64,000 nt of DNA from Octopus bimaculoides (GCF_001194135.2 NC_068986.1:38995793-39059792), one strand, 5' to 3'; shown: positions 39,879 to 53,934, counted from the first letter of the stretch. Program-made: numbers and translations. Notes: generated by a model not told the origin, from the letters alone.

Positions 39879-40303
39879 ATTTATAAGAGTAAGTAGTAAT
39901 AATTGGTAAGAGAAATGAAAATGTCCCAGAAGTCAAAAAGAATTGTCACAACATGAAGGTGTCACCTTCATGTTGTACTTGAAGGACATGTCAAGTCAGC
40001 CTATGCTCCAGCAGTAATTGACCTGCTTAGAAAGTAAATAAAGTGAACTGGCACAACCAGATGTTTAATGATGTCATGCAAGCCATTTAATTCTATAGGT
40101 TTCTATTCACTTAACTGTTGGATAAACAAATATCTGGGTATGTTACCAGCAGTAAATTAGAATGCTGTCTCTCTCCATGTTGAATTCATCTTTCATTTAC
40201 CTAATACTACTAAATCTAGAGCTATGAGCTAATGGGAACCTCTATTAATCAACTTGATCTGCCTGAGATAAATGTCTAATTTACCTTAAATTATACTCTA
40301 ACA

Positions 40304-40685
40304 GTGGAGGCGCAATGGCCCAGTGGTTAGGGCAGCGGACTCGCGGTCATAGGATCGCGGTTTTGATTCCCAGACCGGGCGTTGTGAGTGTTTATTGAGT
40401 GAAAACACCTAAAGCTCCACGAGGCTCCGGCAGGGGATGGTGGCGAACCCTGCTGTACTCTTTCACCACAACTTTCTCTCACTCTTACTTCCTGTTTCTG
40501 TTGTGCCTGTAATTCGAAGGGTCAGCCTTGTCACACTGTGTCATGCTGAATATCACCAAGAACTACATTAAGGGTACACGTGTCTATGGAGTGCTCAGCC
40601 ACTTGCACGTTAATTTCATGAGCAGGCTGTTCTGTTGATCGGATCAACTGGAACCCTCGACGTCGTAAGCGACGGAGTGCCAACA
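40304..40685 (+). mobile_element. tRNA-derived SINE of the same family, young copy
   Basis: A-box TGGCCCAGTGGTTAGG, B-box-like GGTTTTGATTCCC, and TSD TATACTCT at 40292-40299 and 40686-40693. Confidence 0.85.
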
Positions 40686-41606
40686 TATACTCTGACTTTT
40701 TAAAAAAGGAAGGACACATTGGATAATGTAGTCCAGTGTACACCGTATCTCTTGGAAAAAGAAAAGACACATTAAAAAATTTAGTCAATCACAGGTTTGA
40801 TTAACCAGGGTTGACATGGAGCTAAATAATAACAAATCTGAAGCACAGCACCAACTTCATAATTTTCTATGCTTTTATGAAGTATGGTTTGTTCAAGTTT
40901 GATGCTTCAGTCATTCAAATGGATTGTATGAAGATGTTATACAATCATGGATTGAACTGATGTTAAAACTATTTTACAGCCTTGAAATTAATTCTATTAT
41001 TGGGTTTAAACTTTGGATTAGATAAGCACATTAAACATCTTAAATCTCTCTACCTTTTTATCATCCAGCCTTGATTTAGTTAGGTAGATATATTTGATTC
41101 AACATATGTGGAGGCATGTGGCTTAGTGACTAGGGTGTTGGACTCTAGATCGTAAGATTGTGGTTCCATTTTCTGGACTAAGCGACATGTGTTCTTGAGC
41201 AAAACACTTCATTTCACATTGCTTCAGTTCACTCAGCTGGCAAAAGTGAGTAATCCTGCAATGGACTGGCATCCCATCCAGTTGGTGAATTTTTATGCTT
41301 TGGAAACCGAGGAAACCAGCCCTTATGGCAAAACTCGAGAGGGTAACTTCACCTTTACCTGTTTGATTCAATGGAAAAATAGAGCACTCATACATCTGAC
41401 ACTAGATTGACTACATTTTCTCTTTTTAGTGTAGTAGGTGTAACACACTGTTTGGTTTTTGGCTACCATTAGTGGAATTTATTCTGTTACATGCACTCAG
41501 ACTAGACCCTCTCTCTGTTACAAATCAGTTTTCTCTCATTCTGTTTTTCATGCAGTTATTGACTATTAAGTGTTCAGACTGAGCACTGGATATACATATA
41601 TATACA

Positions 41607-42858
41607 CAGGGTGCGTAACATATTTGAAGACATACCTTTTTGGGGTCATTGCTGCATTTTTTGCTCACTCTGTATAATCTTTGTTTCAGAAAATAGTAAT
41701 GGCAGACCCTCAGCTTACTCAAGAAATGAAAAAGCATGCTGTTATTGTGGTTATAAAGGTTGAGCATAGCGATTTAGAAATATCTCGATTTTTAAAGGTT
41801 GTCAGATCTTTCGTATACAAAGTTTGTAAGGTGCTAGAGACTGAAGATGGAAATGTATCACCAGTATCGAGGCATAAAAAGCATTCTAAACGCTCTGAAA
41901 TCATCAGAACACCTGAATTTATCCAGCAAGTTCAACAAACCATTGATTACAATCCCAGAAAGTCCATGAAGTCAATTGCAAAAGATCTGCATGTATCAGA
42001 AGGAACAGTCAGAAATGTTGTCCACGAAGAAAGACATCAAATATAAGTCTTATATGATGTCAGAAAAAGCAAAAGAAAATCACTACATCAGATCTAAAAG
42101 GCTCTTAAACAGAAAAATTCAGCAGAAGATTTGATTTTGTTTTTCTCAAAAGAGAAAAACTTCGACCAAGATCAAGAAGTTAACAGAAGAAATGACAGAT
42201 GGTTATGTGCAGACCCTTCTGAAGTTCTCAGTGTAATGCATACAAAATTTCCTGCAACTGTCATGGTTTTAGGGGTTGTCAACAATGAAGGACATGTGAA
42301 GCCTCCTTACTTCTTTCCACAAGGCCTTAGAGTTAACACTGNNNNNNNNNNATGTGAAGCCTCCTTACTTCTTTCCACAAGGCCTTAGAGTTAACACTGC
42401 CACCTACATTGAGGTCCTGGAAATAATTGTTAAGCCCTGGATAAACAGTGTATGCAAAGGAAGGCCATATGTGTTTCAGTAAGACTCTGCATGGCTCTAG
42501 TAACACAAGAATAGATGGCTGAAAATTTTCATTATCACATAACCCCTAACATTTGGCCTCCTAATTCCCCATATCTCAAGCATTGTTGAGAGAGAGGTCG
42601 ATGAACACCCCCATAACATCAAAGATTCTTTGAAAGCTGCCATAGTCATAGTAATGTCCAAAATGAACCAGGACCACTTGATTTGAGCATGCAGATGATT
42701 TAGGTTTCATATCAAAGCAGTTGTTGAAGCTGAAGGTGGCTTTACTGAGTAACAGTATAGAAAAGAAGGTTTATTTTTATCCTCATTGCATTTTTTGATA
42801 ACTATATATCTGTTTTTTTATAAACATAAATTTGTCCACAAATAGCTTACACACCCTG
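41607..42858 (+). mobile_element. Tc1/mariner transposon of the maT (DD37D-like) type, degenerate
   Basis: Ends CAGGGTG / CACCCTG-TA. Transposase fragments: HTH region NPRKSMKSIAKDLHVSEGTVR, then FFSKEKNFDQDQEVNRRNDRW, KFPATVMVLGVV and PPNSP. The family assignment is by motif similarity. Confidence 0.85.
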
Positions 42859-44207
42859 TATATTAGAAACCATGCCAAATCAGACTGGAACCTGATGCAG
42901 CCCTCTGGCTTGCGAGTTCCAGTCAAACTGTCTAACCGATGCCAGCATGGAAAGCAGACATTAAATGATGATGATGATGATATATATAGATAGCAGTCTC
43001 ACCAGTTTGAGAGGGCTTCTAAAGTTCATGAGCATAGACTCTTCTCTTCTGACTAACTGAAAAAAAAGAGTAAAGCATATATAACAGAAACAACGATAGG
43101 GAGATGTTTGCCTTGAGGGGGATTTTTCGAGCTGTCAATCCAATAATATCTCATACATTGAAATTCTAAATATGCCACTGCCACCATCAGCAGCAGCAAC
43201 AGNNNNNNNNNNTAGTATCTAAAGTTAGGTCTGTCATGCCTCTGGGGATGGTAGAATTTTTGAAGTGGGCGTCATTAATTAATACATTCCAAACGAAGTA
43301 TAGGGTTTATTGTTATTGTTTTTGAAATACCCTGTGTTGTTATTATCATCTATGGTATTGTGTAATCCACCCTTCTGGGTTATGCTATAAAGTAGGGTGA
43401 ACATTTGTGGGCCTGGATTAGAGTCAAGAGGATGGTGACTTGACAAAGTTTCAGATTCACTCATTTAATTTTTTTTTCTTTTTTTGCCTGGGGTTTTATA
43501 TAGAAGGATAATTTTTCTCTACATCTAGATAGTTTTTCTGACTAATTACCAAAGCTGGATATATTTCAAGTCAGTAAGAAGTCTCTATGTGCTTTCTTTA
43601 TATGCTAGAAATAGGTGCTAAATTTCTTTTCAAACCATATGTTACCATTGTGTAACAGGGCATATAGTTAACAAACTTGCATTACAACAATGTGATTTTA
43701 GGTTCAATCCCACTGAACACTACCTTAGTCAAGTGTATTCTACCAAAGCCCCAGGCTGACCAATGCCTTGTGAGTGAATTTGGTTGATAGAAACTATGAA
43801 GAAACCTGTTGTGTGAGTGTGTGTCTGCATTTGACCCCCCTCTCACCACTTGACAACCAGTATTGGTTTGTTTACATCCACATAACGTAACAGTTCAGCA
43901 AAAGCGACTAATAGTATAAGTAGCAGATTTTAAAAAATAAATACTGGGATTAGTTTGTTGGACTAAACCCTTCAGGGCAGTGCCCCAGCATGGCCACAGT
44001 CCAATGACTGAAACAAGCATAAAAAGAAAAGGAGATTGTGTAATCCCAGATATTACATTACATATCTCGTAGTCTGGCTGGCTGTTGCGGCACCACTTTT
44101 TACTTTGCAACCAGATCCCTCCACCTGTCTCTGTCTTCTGTCTTTCATGCTACATCTCTCATCTTTAGGCCTGTCCACTCACAAATGTTGTTTTCCCACC
44201 TCTTTCT

Positions 44208-44590
44208 CTATCTGCCACCTTTGACTGTTCTCTGAAGGATTTTTTTGGCCATCCATGATGGGTGGGTGACATGGCCAAACCACCTGAGGTTGCGTTTCTT
44301 TACTGTAGTAAGAAGTTCCTCATAGGGCCCTATTGCCTGCCTTATTCCTTTCACTTTCTCATTTGTGACATGATCTCTGTATGATATTCCCAAAAGTCTC
44401 CTGAAACATTTCTTCTCTGTAGTTTAGATATTTCTTTCAGTTTCTGTTGTCAGTGTCCATGTCTTTCAAGCATACAGGAATATTGAGATCAGTAGTAATC
44501 TCATCAGCCTAATTTTGGAGCTCAGTGAGATATTTTTGTCTTTCCACAGTGCTCTGAATTTGGTCATTGCTGCTGTTGAGATGGTCATAA
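44208..44590 (-). mobile_element. RTE-clade LINE 3' fragment
   Basis: KIRLMRLLLISIFLYA*KTWTL then GISYRDHVTNEKV...ELLTTVKKRNLRWFGHVT...KILQRTVKGGR. Confidence 0.8.
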
Positions 44591-45099
44591 TTATAACATC
44601 TTGATCAGAGATGACCTAGAACTGACCAACAACAACAGAAGCTCAACAGATTAATTATATCTTATAAAGGTAGATGGCTGGCAAAATTGTTGGCATACCG
44701 GACAAAATGTTTCGTGGTATTTCATTCGTTTTTACATTCTGAGTTCAAATTTCATTGAGGTTGATTTTGCCTTTGATCCTTTTGGGGTTGATAAAATAAG
44801 TACTGTTGATGTAATCAGCTTACCTCCTCCCCCAAAATTGCGGGCCTTGTGCCAACATTTGAAACCATTATATCTTATTATGACATTGATATTTTGCGAC
44901 ATTATGCAAATATAATAGGAAGCCCTGAAGTTCTCAGCAAGCTGAGTTGGTAATGCAGGTTCAACTTCTGGTTGTGCCAGTTCATTTCATTCACTTTCTA
45001 AGCATGTCAATTACTGCTGGAGGGTGGGCTGACTTGACTTGCCCTTCAAAGTACATGAAGACGAAACCTTCAAGTCATGGCAATTCGTTTTGGCTTAAA

Positions 45100-45303
45100 C
45101 CCTTTAGCTTATTCTGCCAAATGTAATGGTTACCTATTTACATTGTTTTGAATTAATTATGCGTTATCTAATAACTTTGAAATTTTGATGATGTGATTCT
45201 ATATTTTTAGAACGACATTGTAAGGTAGGTGTGAATGATGAGATTTGAGCGGAAAACAGGCAGAATGTTTCGACTGGATATAGCTGCTTTGAATGCTAAA
45301 GGG
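45100..45303. mobile_element. piggyBac-type MITE of a second family (related copies ~4354-4570 and ~20295-20510)
   Basis: CCCTTTAGC...GCTAAAGGG|TTAA ends and shared internal sequence among the three copies. Confidence 0.7.
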
Positions 45304-46360
45304 TTAAGGGGCAACATTTTCATTTCTCTTCTCAATTATTACTACTCACCCTTATAATGTCAGATAACTGTGTATCTCTTCTATAGCAAGACACTTGCTC
45401 TTGTCCTTTTATTATACTTTAAGCTCTCAGCACCTTGCATAAAGCCAACCCCTTTCCTAATACCCCCCACTACCAACATTTTTTCATGGGAGCTTTTCTT
45501 TCCTTTTCTTTTCTCATCTTGTAACTTACTTTGTAAACTTACTAGTGTTGATGGTACAAAAAAAGAATAGCACCCAGTACACACTGTAAAGTGGTTGGTG
45601 TTAGGAAGGGCATCCAGCAATAGAAATCATGCCAGAGCTAATACTGGAACTTGATGCAACCCTGCAGCTGGCCGGGTCCTGTCAAACCATCCAGCCCATG
45701 CAAGCATAGAAAATAGATGTTAAATGATGATAGCGATGATGATGATGACGGTGACGGCAATGGCAACAATGATGTATATGATTTAATGCCTGTTACTCTG
45801 TTATCTATGGGCAGCATCGATACAGGATTTCTCATGTTCATGTTCCTTTGCTTTGGAAAGGAGCATATGCATTACAAATATCAGAAATGAGCCTCAAATC
45901 AGGGAATCGAAATCAGGTTGTCAGAAGATAACTCCCACTCTCTACCATATGACACACAGACAGTCACATACGTCAACAATTATCCTTGATTATGATTGAC
46001 TGAGAATTCACTAATTGTGACACTAGCAATACAAATTTCGCTTAATGTTCTGAATTGTTATCTGAAAAAGTATTGATAACATTCTAACATTACTTAATTA
46101 CAAGGCAATGAACTGTGTTAAATTATTTTGTTTGTATTGTTTTGCACTATTATTATTAAGGCAATGAGCTGGCAGAATCATTAGCATGTCAGGAGAAAGG
46201 CTTAGCAGTATTTTGTCTGTCTTTTCTGAGTTCAAATTCCGATGAGGCTGATTTTGCCTTTCATCCTTTTGTTTTCGATTAAATAAGTTACACTCTGGGG
46301 TTGATGTATTGACTTAAACCCTTCCCCCAAATTTCAGGCCTTGTGCCTACAGAAGAAAGG

Positions 46361-46650
46361 ATTATTATTATTATTATTATTCAGTAGTTTTATTTTTATA
46401 ACGTGCTTTCACTTCACTACCGAGCGCAGCTCTGTGCGCCTTGGGTATGTGCTGTGGTTTGCTGTGGTGCTCTTATGTTTACTGTATTGAAAGTGTTTTG
46501 CGTAGGATGTGTGCAGTACCCAGTAGTGCAATTTTCTGTATGTTATATATATTTGTAAGTCCTGGTATTTTTGTTATGTATTTGTCTGAATATTTTTTTA
46601 TTATACCTAAGGCACCTACTATGATAGGAATTGTTTCTGTTTTTAGATTC
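46361..46650 (-). mobile_element. R4/Dong-clade LINE 3' end, 5'-truncated, with (TAA)n tail
   Basis: Minus translation LKTETIPIIVGALGIIKKYSDKYITKIPGLTNIYNIQKIALLGTAHILRKTLSIQ*, followed by a UTR and a (TAA)n run at 46361-46381. Confidence 0.78.
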
Positions 46651-48037
46651 CAATCTGAATCTTTGTTACAGTCACTTGCTGGTTCACACCCAGCGTCCTG
46701 AGGTGAGTGAAGGATAAGAGATGTTACAGAATGACTGAAAGCTTAGAGAGGGGAGGTAGTGAAATACCTTTATGTAATACAATGCAGACATTTAAATGGA
46801 TAGGGTTTTTCTAAGGATGTGGACAGTACTTGTCAGCACAATCTTTTGGATTTCTCTGAGACATGGTTCTCCTGAGATCTTATCTAGATGCTGCTGACAT
46901 CCCTCTTTTATCATAACTAGGGCACCTACAATAACAGGAACAGTTCTTGCGTTAAGATGCCACATCTTTTGTATTTCAATTTCAAGGCCAAAAATTTGGG
47001 GAGAAGGGGCTAAATAGTTACATCAACCAATTGCTTATTTTATCAACTTAAAGTTGATCTAGCAGTTTGAACTCAGAACACATGCTGCTGAGCATTTTGC
47101 CCAGTGTGCTAACAATTTCATGAGCTTGCTGCTTTAATAACAATAATAATCCTTTCTACTATGGGCACAAAATCTGAAATTTGGTGGTTGGGTGGGGTTT
47201 AAGTTAATTACATCGATCCCAGTACTTTGCTGGTACTTATTTCATCAACCTCAAAAGTATGAAGGGAACACTCCATGAAAGACACAAAGAAGCTGATCAA
47301 GTACAGAGATCTGGAGACTGAAATTAACATAGCATCAGAGCACAAAATATGAAGACTGAAAGATGGGTCATGAATATGGGAACAGAAAGGTTCACTAGTT
47401 GTATTCTGAGCAACATCAATATTCATGCAGTTCAGAAGATCACATTTCATGGAACAGCTATATTTTGTACTGACAATGAAGTGTTATCCACCCTGTAGCA
47501 CTTCAGGTTCTGTGGGCCTGAGATGCTGTACGGAGCTGGCTCTACAGGATATAAAACAGGAAGTACAATTTGGCGGGGAGGTGGGGGTGGGGGCTAATCA
47601 ATTACATTGACCTCAGTACTCAACTGGTACTTATTTTATCAATCTGGTTTACCAACTCTTGTCAAACCATTCAACCCATGCCAGGATGGAAAACAGATGT
47701 GAAATTATGAGATCTGGCCATTGTGCTGTTTATGTTAAAAAACAAGGGGAAATATTTCCGAGGGAGAAGCAGATGAGGATTAGTAACAGAAAAGGCATCC
47801 AACTGTAGAAAATCTGTCTCAGTGAATTTCATCTAGCTTGTGAAAGTATGGAAAAGTGGACATTAAAATGGTGATGAGGACAGTGACAGTGGTGGTGGCA
47901 GCTGTTGTCATTGTCACAAATTTTAAGGAAACTAGGAATTCAACTGATGAAAACATTAATATGACAAGAAAAGATAATGAAGTCGAACTAAATATTATTA
48001 ATAGATTTAGTATTATTAATTCTGAATTCTTTTTCAG

Positions 48038-48103
48038 TTGGGAAAATGCCTATAGACAAGAATTTACAAATTTTGAGGATAATGGTGAAACTGGAGAAGT
48101 TTG
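48038..48103 (+). CDS. EEF1AKMT2: EEF1AKMT2 coding exon 2
   Basis: TTTTCAG|T TGG GAA AAT...GTT TG|GTAAG = (Y)WENAYRQEFTNFEDNGETGEV(W), matching the family segment W..Y..E...F...G..GEIW. Confidence 0.93.
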
Positions 48104-48324
48104 GTAAGAAAATCACATATCAACCTTTTGTATTTTTTATTTATCTTAACATGAGCTTGTAGTTAGTGCATATGTGGCTGTGTGGTAAGAAGTTTCCTTC
48201 CAAACTACATTGTTTGAGGTTCTGCCCCACTGTGTGGCCCTTGGGAAAGTTTCTTCTACTATAGCCTCAGGCCAATCAAAGCCTTGTGAGTGGATCTGGT
48301 AGACAGAAACTGAAAAGAAGCCTA

Positions 48325-48326
<2 letters not shown>

Positions 48327-48414
<88 letters not shown>
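48327..48414. repeat. (TG)n microsatellite (others: (TG)n ~7837-7884; (TA)n ~11945-11983, 32449-32480, 63752-63802; A30 at 5735-5764)
   Basis: Read directly; many lie inside SINE bodies. Confidence 0.95.
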
Positions 48415-48417
<3 letters not shown>

Positions 48418-49599
48418 CATCATCATTGTCATTTAACATTTGTTGTCCATGCTATATGTATGTATGTATGTATACATGTGTGTGGGTTACTGTCTCTTTG
48501 CTTTGACATCACATGATAGTTGAAACCAAGTGTCACCCTTATGCAAGCGGTGTCCTTCTAATCTTCCATGGAAACATAATACCTTACTTGGAAACAAGTG
48601 AGGGTTGGTGACAGGAAGGGGATCTGGCCATAAAATAAATCTAACTCATCGAATTCCATTCAACCCATGCAACCACAGAGAAGTAGGCATTGAATTGATG
48701 ATGATAATGATGATGATATTCAATTTTCCCATGCTAAACATTTGTCTCTGTAGTTAGAAATACTTTATCTATCTTTGGTTTTGTCCATTTCAGCAAAATA
48801 AGCTTACAAAATAGTTTTCTTTTTCAGTAGTTTAAGGCAGAAGAAGATGGTTAATACCTATAGCCCCCACCTCTTTCCTCAGGGTTTCTGTGACTAGTGG
48901 GAAAATATGGAGGACATTTTCCTTAGACTGGAGACCTGGTTCAAATGCACTCAAAAAGGCACTCAAAAGACATGGTGGTGTCAAACCATTTAATGAATTA
49001 AGCTTACCAACCATGGGTTACACATTACCATCACTATCTGTATCAGTTTACTGCACTTTATAATGGTATTTATTTATAGTTAAGAGGGTCTGGGCATTGA
49101 GAATTTAATGACCTTGTAAGCCCATCTGGTGGTTTTTAAAAGAAGAATGTTTTTTATAGGTATGATAATTTAATTTATTGAACGGTTAGTACTAGTTGCT
49201 CTATCACCCCCGATCTCTACTCCTTTTATAAGCTGAGAACCATGCTGTTTAGTCTGTTGGAATGTGAAGTATGATCTTTAACCAGATGGAAACATAGTAT
49301 GGCTAGGAAGGATCTGTGGGTTGCATCTTATGCACTGATTAATCCTGTGACAATCTGGACATATTGCATTCTCTCTACTCTCTAATGAATTTCTGTGTGT
49401 CTATTGTTATTGTATATCTCCAAATCAACCCTGATTAAGTAGACTTACTATCAAAGGCATTGAAACAATGACCATCCTATCTTTATTTCATACTTTGTTG
49501 TTTTCCTTTTTTTTTAAAGCTGGCAGGATATGGTTGAGGGAGATTTGGTTGATATTTCTTGCAAGTTAAGAAACTACATAGAGAAATTAGATTAGTAGC

Positions 49600-49930
49600 T
49601 TCCTGTCAGATTACACTAATGCAGCCTGTGCTGATGGAGCTTCTCTCTCTTGACCCACACTCTATCAACTCTTCTGTACCCAAAGTTCAATTCTGTCGCC
49701 CATTCTTTTCCTTTTGCACATCAATGACCTACTTGCTCTCACCTCCTGTGACGCCTACTGTTTTACAGGTGATACCACCTTTCAGTTTTAACCTTTCCCA
49801 TGCAACCTAGACACCTTACACCAAATCTGCACTGATTCTATGAACAGGGACCTTAAATGCACCCTCTAATGGAGTCATGTCAGCTGCATTTCCTTTAACA
49901 GCAAAACAACATAAGCATTGCTCCATCTAG
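49600..49930 (+). mobile_element. CR1/L2-type LINE reverse transcriptase fragment
   Basis: With one frameshift: INSSVPK(G)SILSPILFLLHINDLLALTSCDAYCFTGDTT, a degenerate PQGS...YADD region. Confidence 0.65.
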
Positions 49931-50008
49931 AAAGCATCACCACACCTCATTTCACTTAAACAAGAGCAATACACTAGAAGAACCCTTGTGATCACCACAT
50001 GTGCTAGT

Positions 50009-50760
50009 CACTAGCTGGTGTACCCGGTAATTCCTGGGAGTAAAGACGTTCTATTTAAACGCTTATTACTCTGATATAAAAAAGCAATTTCATTATAACT
50101 GCCACAAAAGGTGTATTTTCTGTCATGAAAAGTACAAAAAAACTGTCAGCTGGAGGAAGGAGAGATTGTCGGAGGTTGGCGAGAGGGGTTTTTCGGAGGT
50201 TGGCGAAAGAGACTGTTGGAAGTTGTCAAGAGGATTTCAGAGGTTGACAAGAGAGGTTGTTGGAGGTTGGCGAGAGAGGTTGTTGGAGGTGAAAAAGCTG
50301 GATTGGAACACACTTATTAAATATGTTCTGGAATCAAAAATTTATCTACTATCATCGAAAAAGTTTAACTGTAAAAATGCAGAATTATCAGAGTTATGGG
50401 CATTCAAAGTGTAATCAAATTTAATTGAAAATCCTGCATGCATTGCCAGCATTTAGTTATTTGGAGATGTTGAAACAATGTCTATTAATGCAATGTCTAA
50501 ATTAATTACAGCAATATATATAATAGTTTAGTTATTGAAGTAGAATAGATGATGAATAATTGTTTGATTTAGTAAATATCAAACATTATGAATTGGAGAC
50601 TTATTGAGATCGCCATTGCCGCATTAGAGCAGCTTGTGAAGTAGAAGTACCCACTTGTACTCTTACTCGTCGTGGCATTTTAAAGGTTAACTTTATCAAG
50701 GCTAATTTATTAAAGCTAATATATAAATGTAGTATATATATATAAGCGCAAAAAAGTATG
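50009..50760 (+). mobile_element. Non-autonomous ACTAG-starting element with an internal ~21-23 bp minisatellite (50160-50290)
   Basis: ACTAGCTGGTGTACCCGG start and about six degenerate GAGAGGTTGTTGGAGGTTGGC units. The right boundary is approximate. Confidence 0.45.
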
Positions 50761-51399
50761 TATGTATATAAATGTATGAATGGAGTCTTTATGGTTTAGC
50801 AGTTCAAAACTGTGAGTAGTAAAATGTAGAATTAGGTTCACTGATTGTGAGAATCAAATATTGATTACTTCACTAAAAACTGACAATTGTAAGTACAGGT
50901 GCTGTGGGTTATTTCCCTTGGGTGTTTAAATAAAATATATTAGTTATATGTAGTAGATATAATGATCCCTTCCAGGGGCCCTGTTATCGATTTTTTTTTC
51001 AACAATCTAAGTATGTCACGAGGTTTCCAGACATGAGTTCTACTCATATCAAGTTTCATCAAAATCGATAAAACGATGTAGGAGGAGTTAGCTGACAACT
51101 CTACAAACAAACACATCCACAGACAGAATTTCCCACATATGTAGTAGATTACTATCATTGTATTTTTGTCACAGTGAGCACATATCCTTAACATAACTAT
51201 GGCTGCATCACAAATCAAGCTCTTCTCTTCAGAACCGAAAAGTATTTTAGTTTTTCAATAACTATAAACCCTCCACAAAGCTCTGATGGGGTCAACAATA
51301 GAGACTTTTTCCACATTTGGTGCAGTGCTGCCGCTACATACTCAAAGGCTACTTGACTGGTTGGCATGAAGTCACTTGCCTTCTCTAATATGGCTGGTT

Positions 51400-51650
51400 T
51401 TGTGCCATCTCTATGCAAGCTCTCTCAATTTATTGTCTCTTCTTCTCTCATCAGCTGTATTATTACAAGCCCTCTCTCAGGCCCCTACTACTATGTCTAG
51501 TGCTTCCTTCCCAGAAAGTTGATCCTCTGGAATTGACACCCTGTATGCCTTTCTTGCAGTTGCCAACTTGCAACAGTTCAAGCAGAACATTAACAGTGCT
51601 AGTTTCACAGGCCTTCTGAGATCTGTGAAAGCTAAGGACACTGCCCCTTC
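51400..51650 (+). mobile_element. CR1/L2-type LINE 3' fragment, possibly the same element as 49600-49930 split by later insertions
   Basis: Frameshifted FLPRKLILWN*...ANLQQFKQNINS resembles the C-terminal end of CR1/L2 ORF2. Confidence 0.5.
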
Positions 51651-53100
51651 CTTCAGACCCAGCTAATGTCAAAAAAAAAAAAAGAAAATCTCAGTATTTC
51701 AGCTATTATCCTAGTTGGACTAAAACTTTCCCAGCTTTTATGCCATCATAACTAATCTCTACAACTGGTTTTTTGTTGTTCAGTCCCATGTCAGTTTTGA
51801 CTGAGTAGACCTAGGATGGCTTTTTTTTTAAAGATGGTAGTGTGTAATTTGAGGAAATTCAGTCTCTGTTTCATGCTGACTCCTTTGATGCTTTCTTGGT
51901 GTTTCCAGTGAGTGTAGGTTTTCACTATCATCATCATCATCATCATCATTTAAACGTCTGCTTTCCATGCTAGCATGGGTTGGACGATTTGACTGAGGAC
52001 TGGTGAACCGGATGGCTGCACCAGGCTCCAGTGCTCATATTTTTCATTCAATAACTCACTTTTATATACATTTTTCTTTTCACATTTTCTGGGAGCTAAG
52101 TATTCCAGTATTGTTTGAGCACACTTCTCACTGTCATTCTGATTCATGCAAATACTCTTAAAATTCAAACTACTTCATGTGTCTCACCTTTAGAGTGCTG
52201 AACATTTTGCTCACTGCCTACCTTCAACTTGTTATGACTAAAAAACCTGATATTTTGTTTCCTGTCTAGCTTGCTCTTTTCCAATCCAGAATAACTAAGG
52301 ATATAAGCAGACATAAGATTACTGAAGTCATCTTTATAAATAGATAATCAGTACAAATAAACAGACACCAGAAACTAGTTTTTGTCTGCATGTCTCCACA
52401 GCATACACTTGTTTGAACTTGCATACTTTAGAAAAATAAATATCTTTGTAACAGTTATTTTCACTAGAATATAAATCACACTACCATCATTGTGACAGAT
52501 GCTGGTAATGTGTGTAACTGCATGTAGCAGACTCTTTCCTTTAGGAAGTTGATATTCAGATCTGATGTTAATATTCTTGAAAAAAGTGGTGAGTTAAAAG
52601 AATTGATAGAGGATTGGACAATATATCTTGTAATAGTTGCCACAAGGCAGCAAGCTAACAGAATCGTTAGCATGCCGAGCAAAATGCTTAGTGGCATTTC
52701 ATCACCAAGGTTGACTTTGCCTTTCATCATTTTGGGATCAATAAAATAAGTACCGATTGGACAGTGGGGCTGGTTTAACAGACTTACCCTTCCTCTGAAA
52801 TGGCTGGCCTTGTTTCAAAATTTGAAACCAATATTTAATTGCCACACTTAATGTTTTGAGTTTAAATTCCACCAAGATCAGTTTTGTCTTTTATCCTTCC
52901 AGGGATGATAATGGGTTTGATATGACCAGTTACACCCAGCCCAGAAATTGGTGTCCCTGTCCATAGTTAGAAATCAATATTCTTAGAAAAGATATGAATG
53001 TCACAACTTCCTGTGTACCTTTCACTATAATTTAGGCTCAATATCGTGTCATTTACTGTTTCTTCAGAAAACCTTTTGCATACAACAGTAAATAGAATCT

Positions 53101-53300
53101 GTAGGCGGTGAGCTGGCAGAAACATTAGCACACTGGGCGAAATGCTTAGTGGCATTTCATCTGCCGTTACATTCTGAGTTCAAATTCCGCCGAGGTCGAC
53201 TTTGCCTTTCATCCTTTCGGGGGTCGATAAATTAAGTACCAGTTACGCACTACAGTCGATGTAATTGACTTAATCCCTTTGTCTGTCCTTATTTGTCTCC
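53101..53300 (+). mobile_element. Third tRNA-derived SINE family (others ~16750-16950, 28000-28180, 32080-32260, 44670-44870, 46158-46360, 52625-52830)
   Basis: GGCGGTGAGCTGGCAGAA...GAGTTCAAATTCCGCCGAGGTCGACTTTGCCTTTCATCCTTTCGGGGG recurs in both orientations. Confidence 0.8.
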
Positions 53301-53816
53301 TAACCCATAGATCCAGAATAATCAAATATCCTGTATTTGAGTCTGGTCTGGGACCACAGTGATATATTGTAGTTGGTTGAGTACAATGAGATTCCAAATC
53401 CTTTTCTTTTTACTGTCGTTAAGAGCAAGAAATTAATCACCATCACCACTATCATTATCATCATCAAATTTAAATGAATAATGATTTCTCCTACCTGCAA
53501 GAGCTCATAACTTTGTAAGAGAGAGGTTTAGTCAATTAAATGAAAACCATTTCATGTCTGGTGCTCAATTTTATTGACCTTTGCACCTATAGGAAAAAGT
53601 TCAAGTTAACTTTGGTTAATTTTACTTCACGGATGTTTTAATTTTTTGCCTTTTTCTTTAGATATCTTTAAATATTTCCACATATATAAAAAAAATTGTT
53701 CCTTTAATTTCCTTAATCAGTTTTAATGTGTGATTGGTTTTTAAGTATTCTGGTCTTAAATTTTTAACAGGCTTTATAATACCATGACCTTTAAAACGTA
53801 TATATGTTTTTTAAAG

Positions 53817-53934
53817 GTTTGGACAGACGTGCCAACAAAATATCATTGAATGGATAAAAATCTGCAAAGAAATAAAACATACTGATGCTATAGTTGATTT
53901 AGGCACTGGAAATGGATTCTTTCTGATAACTTTG
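53817..53934 (+). CDS. EEF1AKMT2: EEF1AKMT2 coding exon 3 (SAM-binding motif I)
   Basis: TTAAAG|G TTT GGA...ACT TTG|GTGAGA = (W)FGQTCQQNIIEWIKICKEIKHTDAIVDLGTGNGFFLITL, containing DLGTGNG. Confidence 0.95.

Noticed and set aside
42294-42399. 48-bp direct repeat inside the maT transposase
   Set aside because: The two copies flank a 10-N gap and are identical, so this is an unmerged contig overlap.
44495-44510. CTGATGA on the minus strand as a hammerhead core (likewise 7354 and 47944 on plus)
   Set aside because: Lies in transposon coding or ordinary sequence with no stem II, GAAA or stem III geometry.
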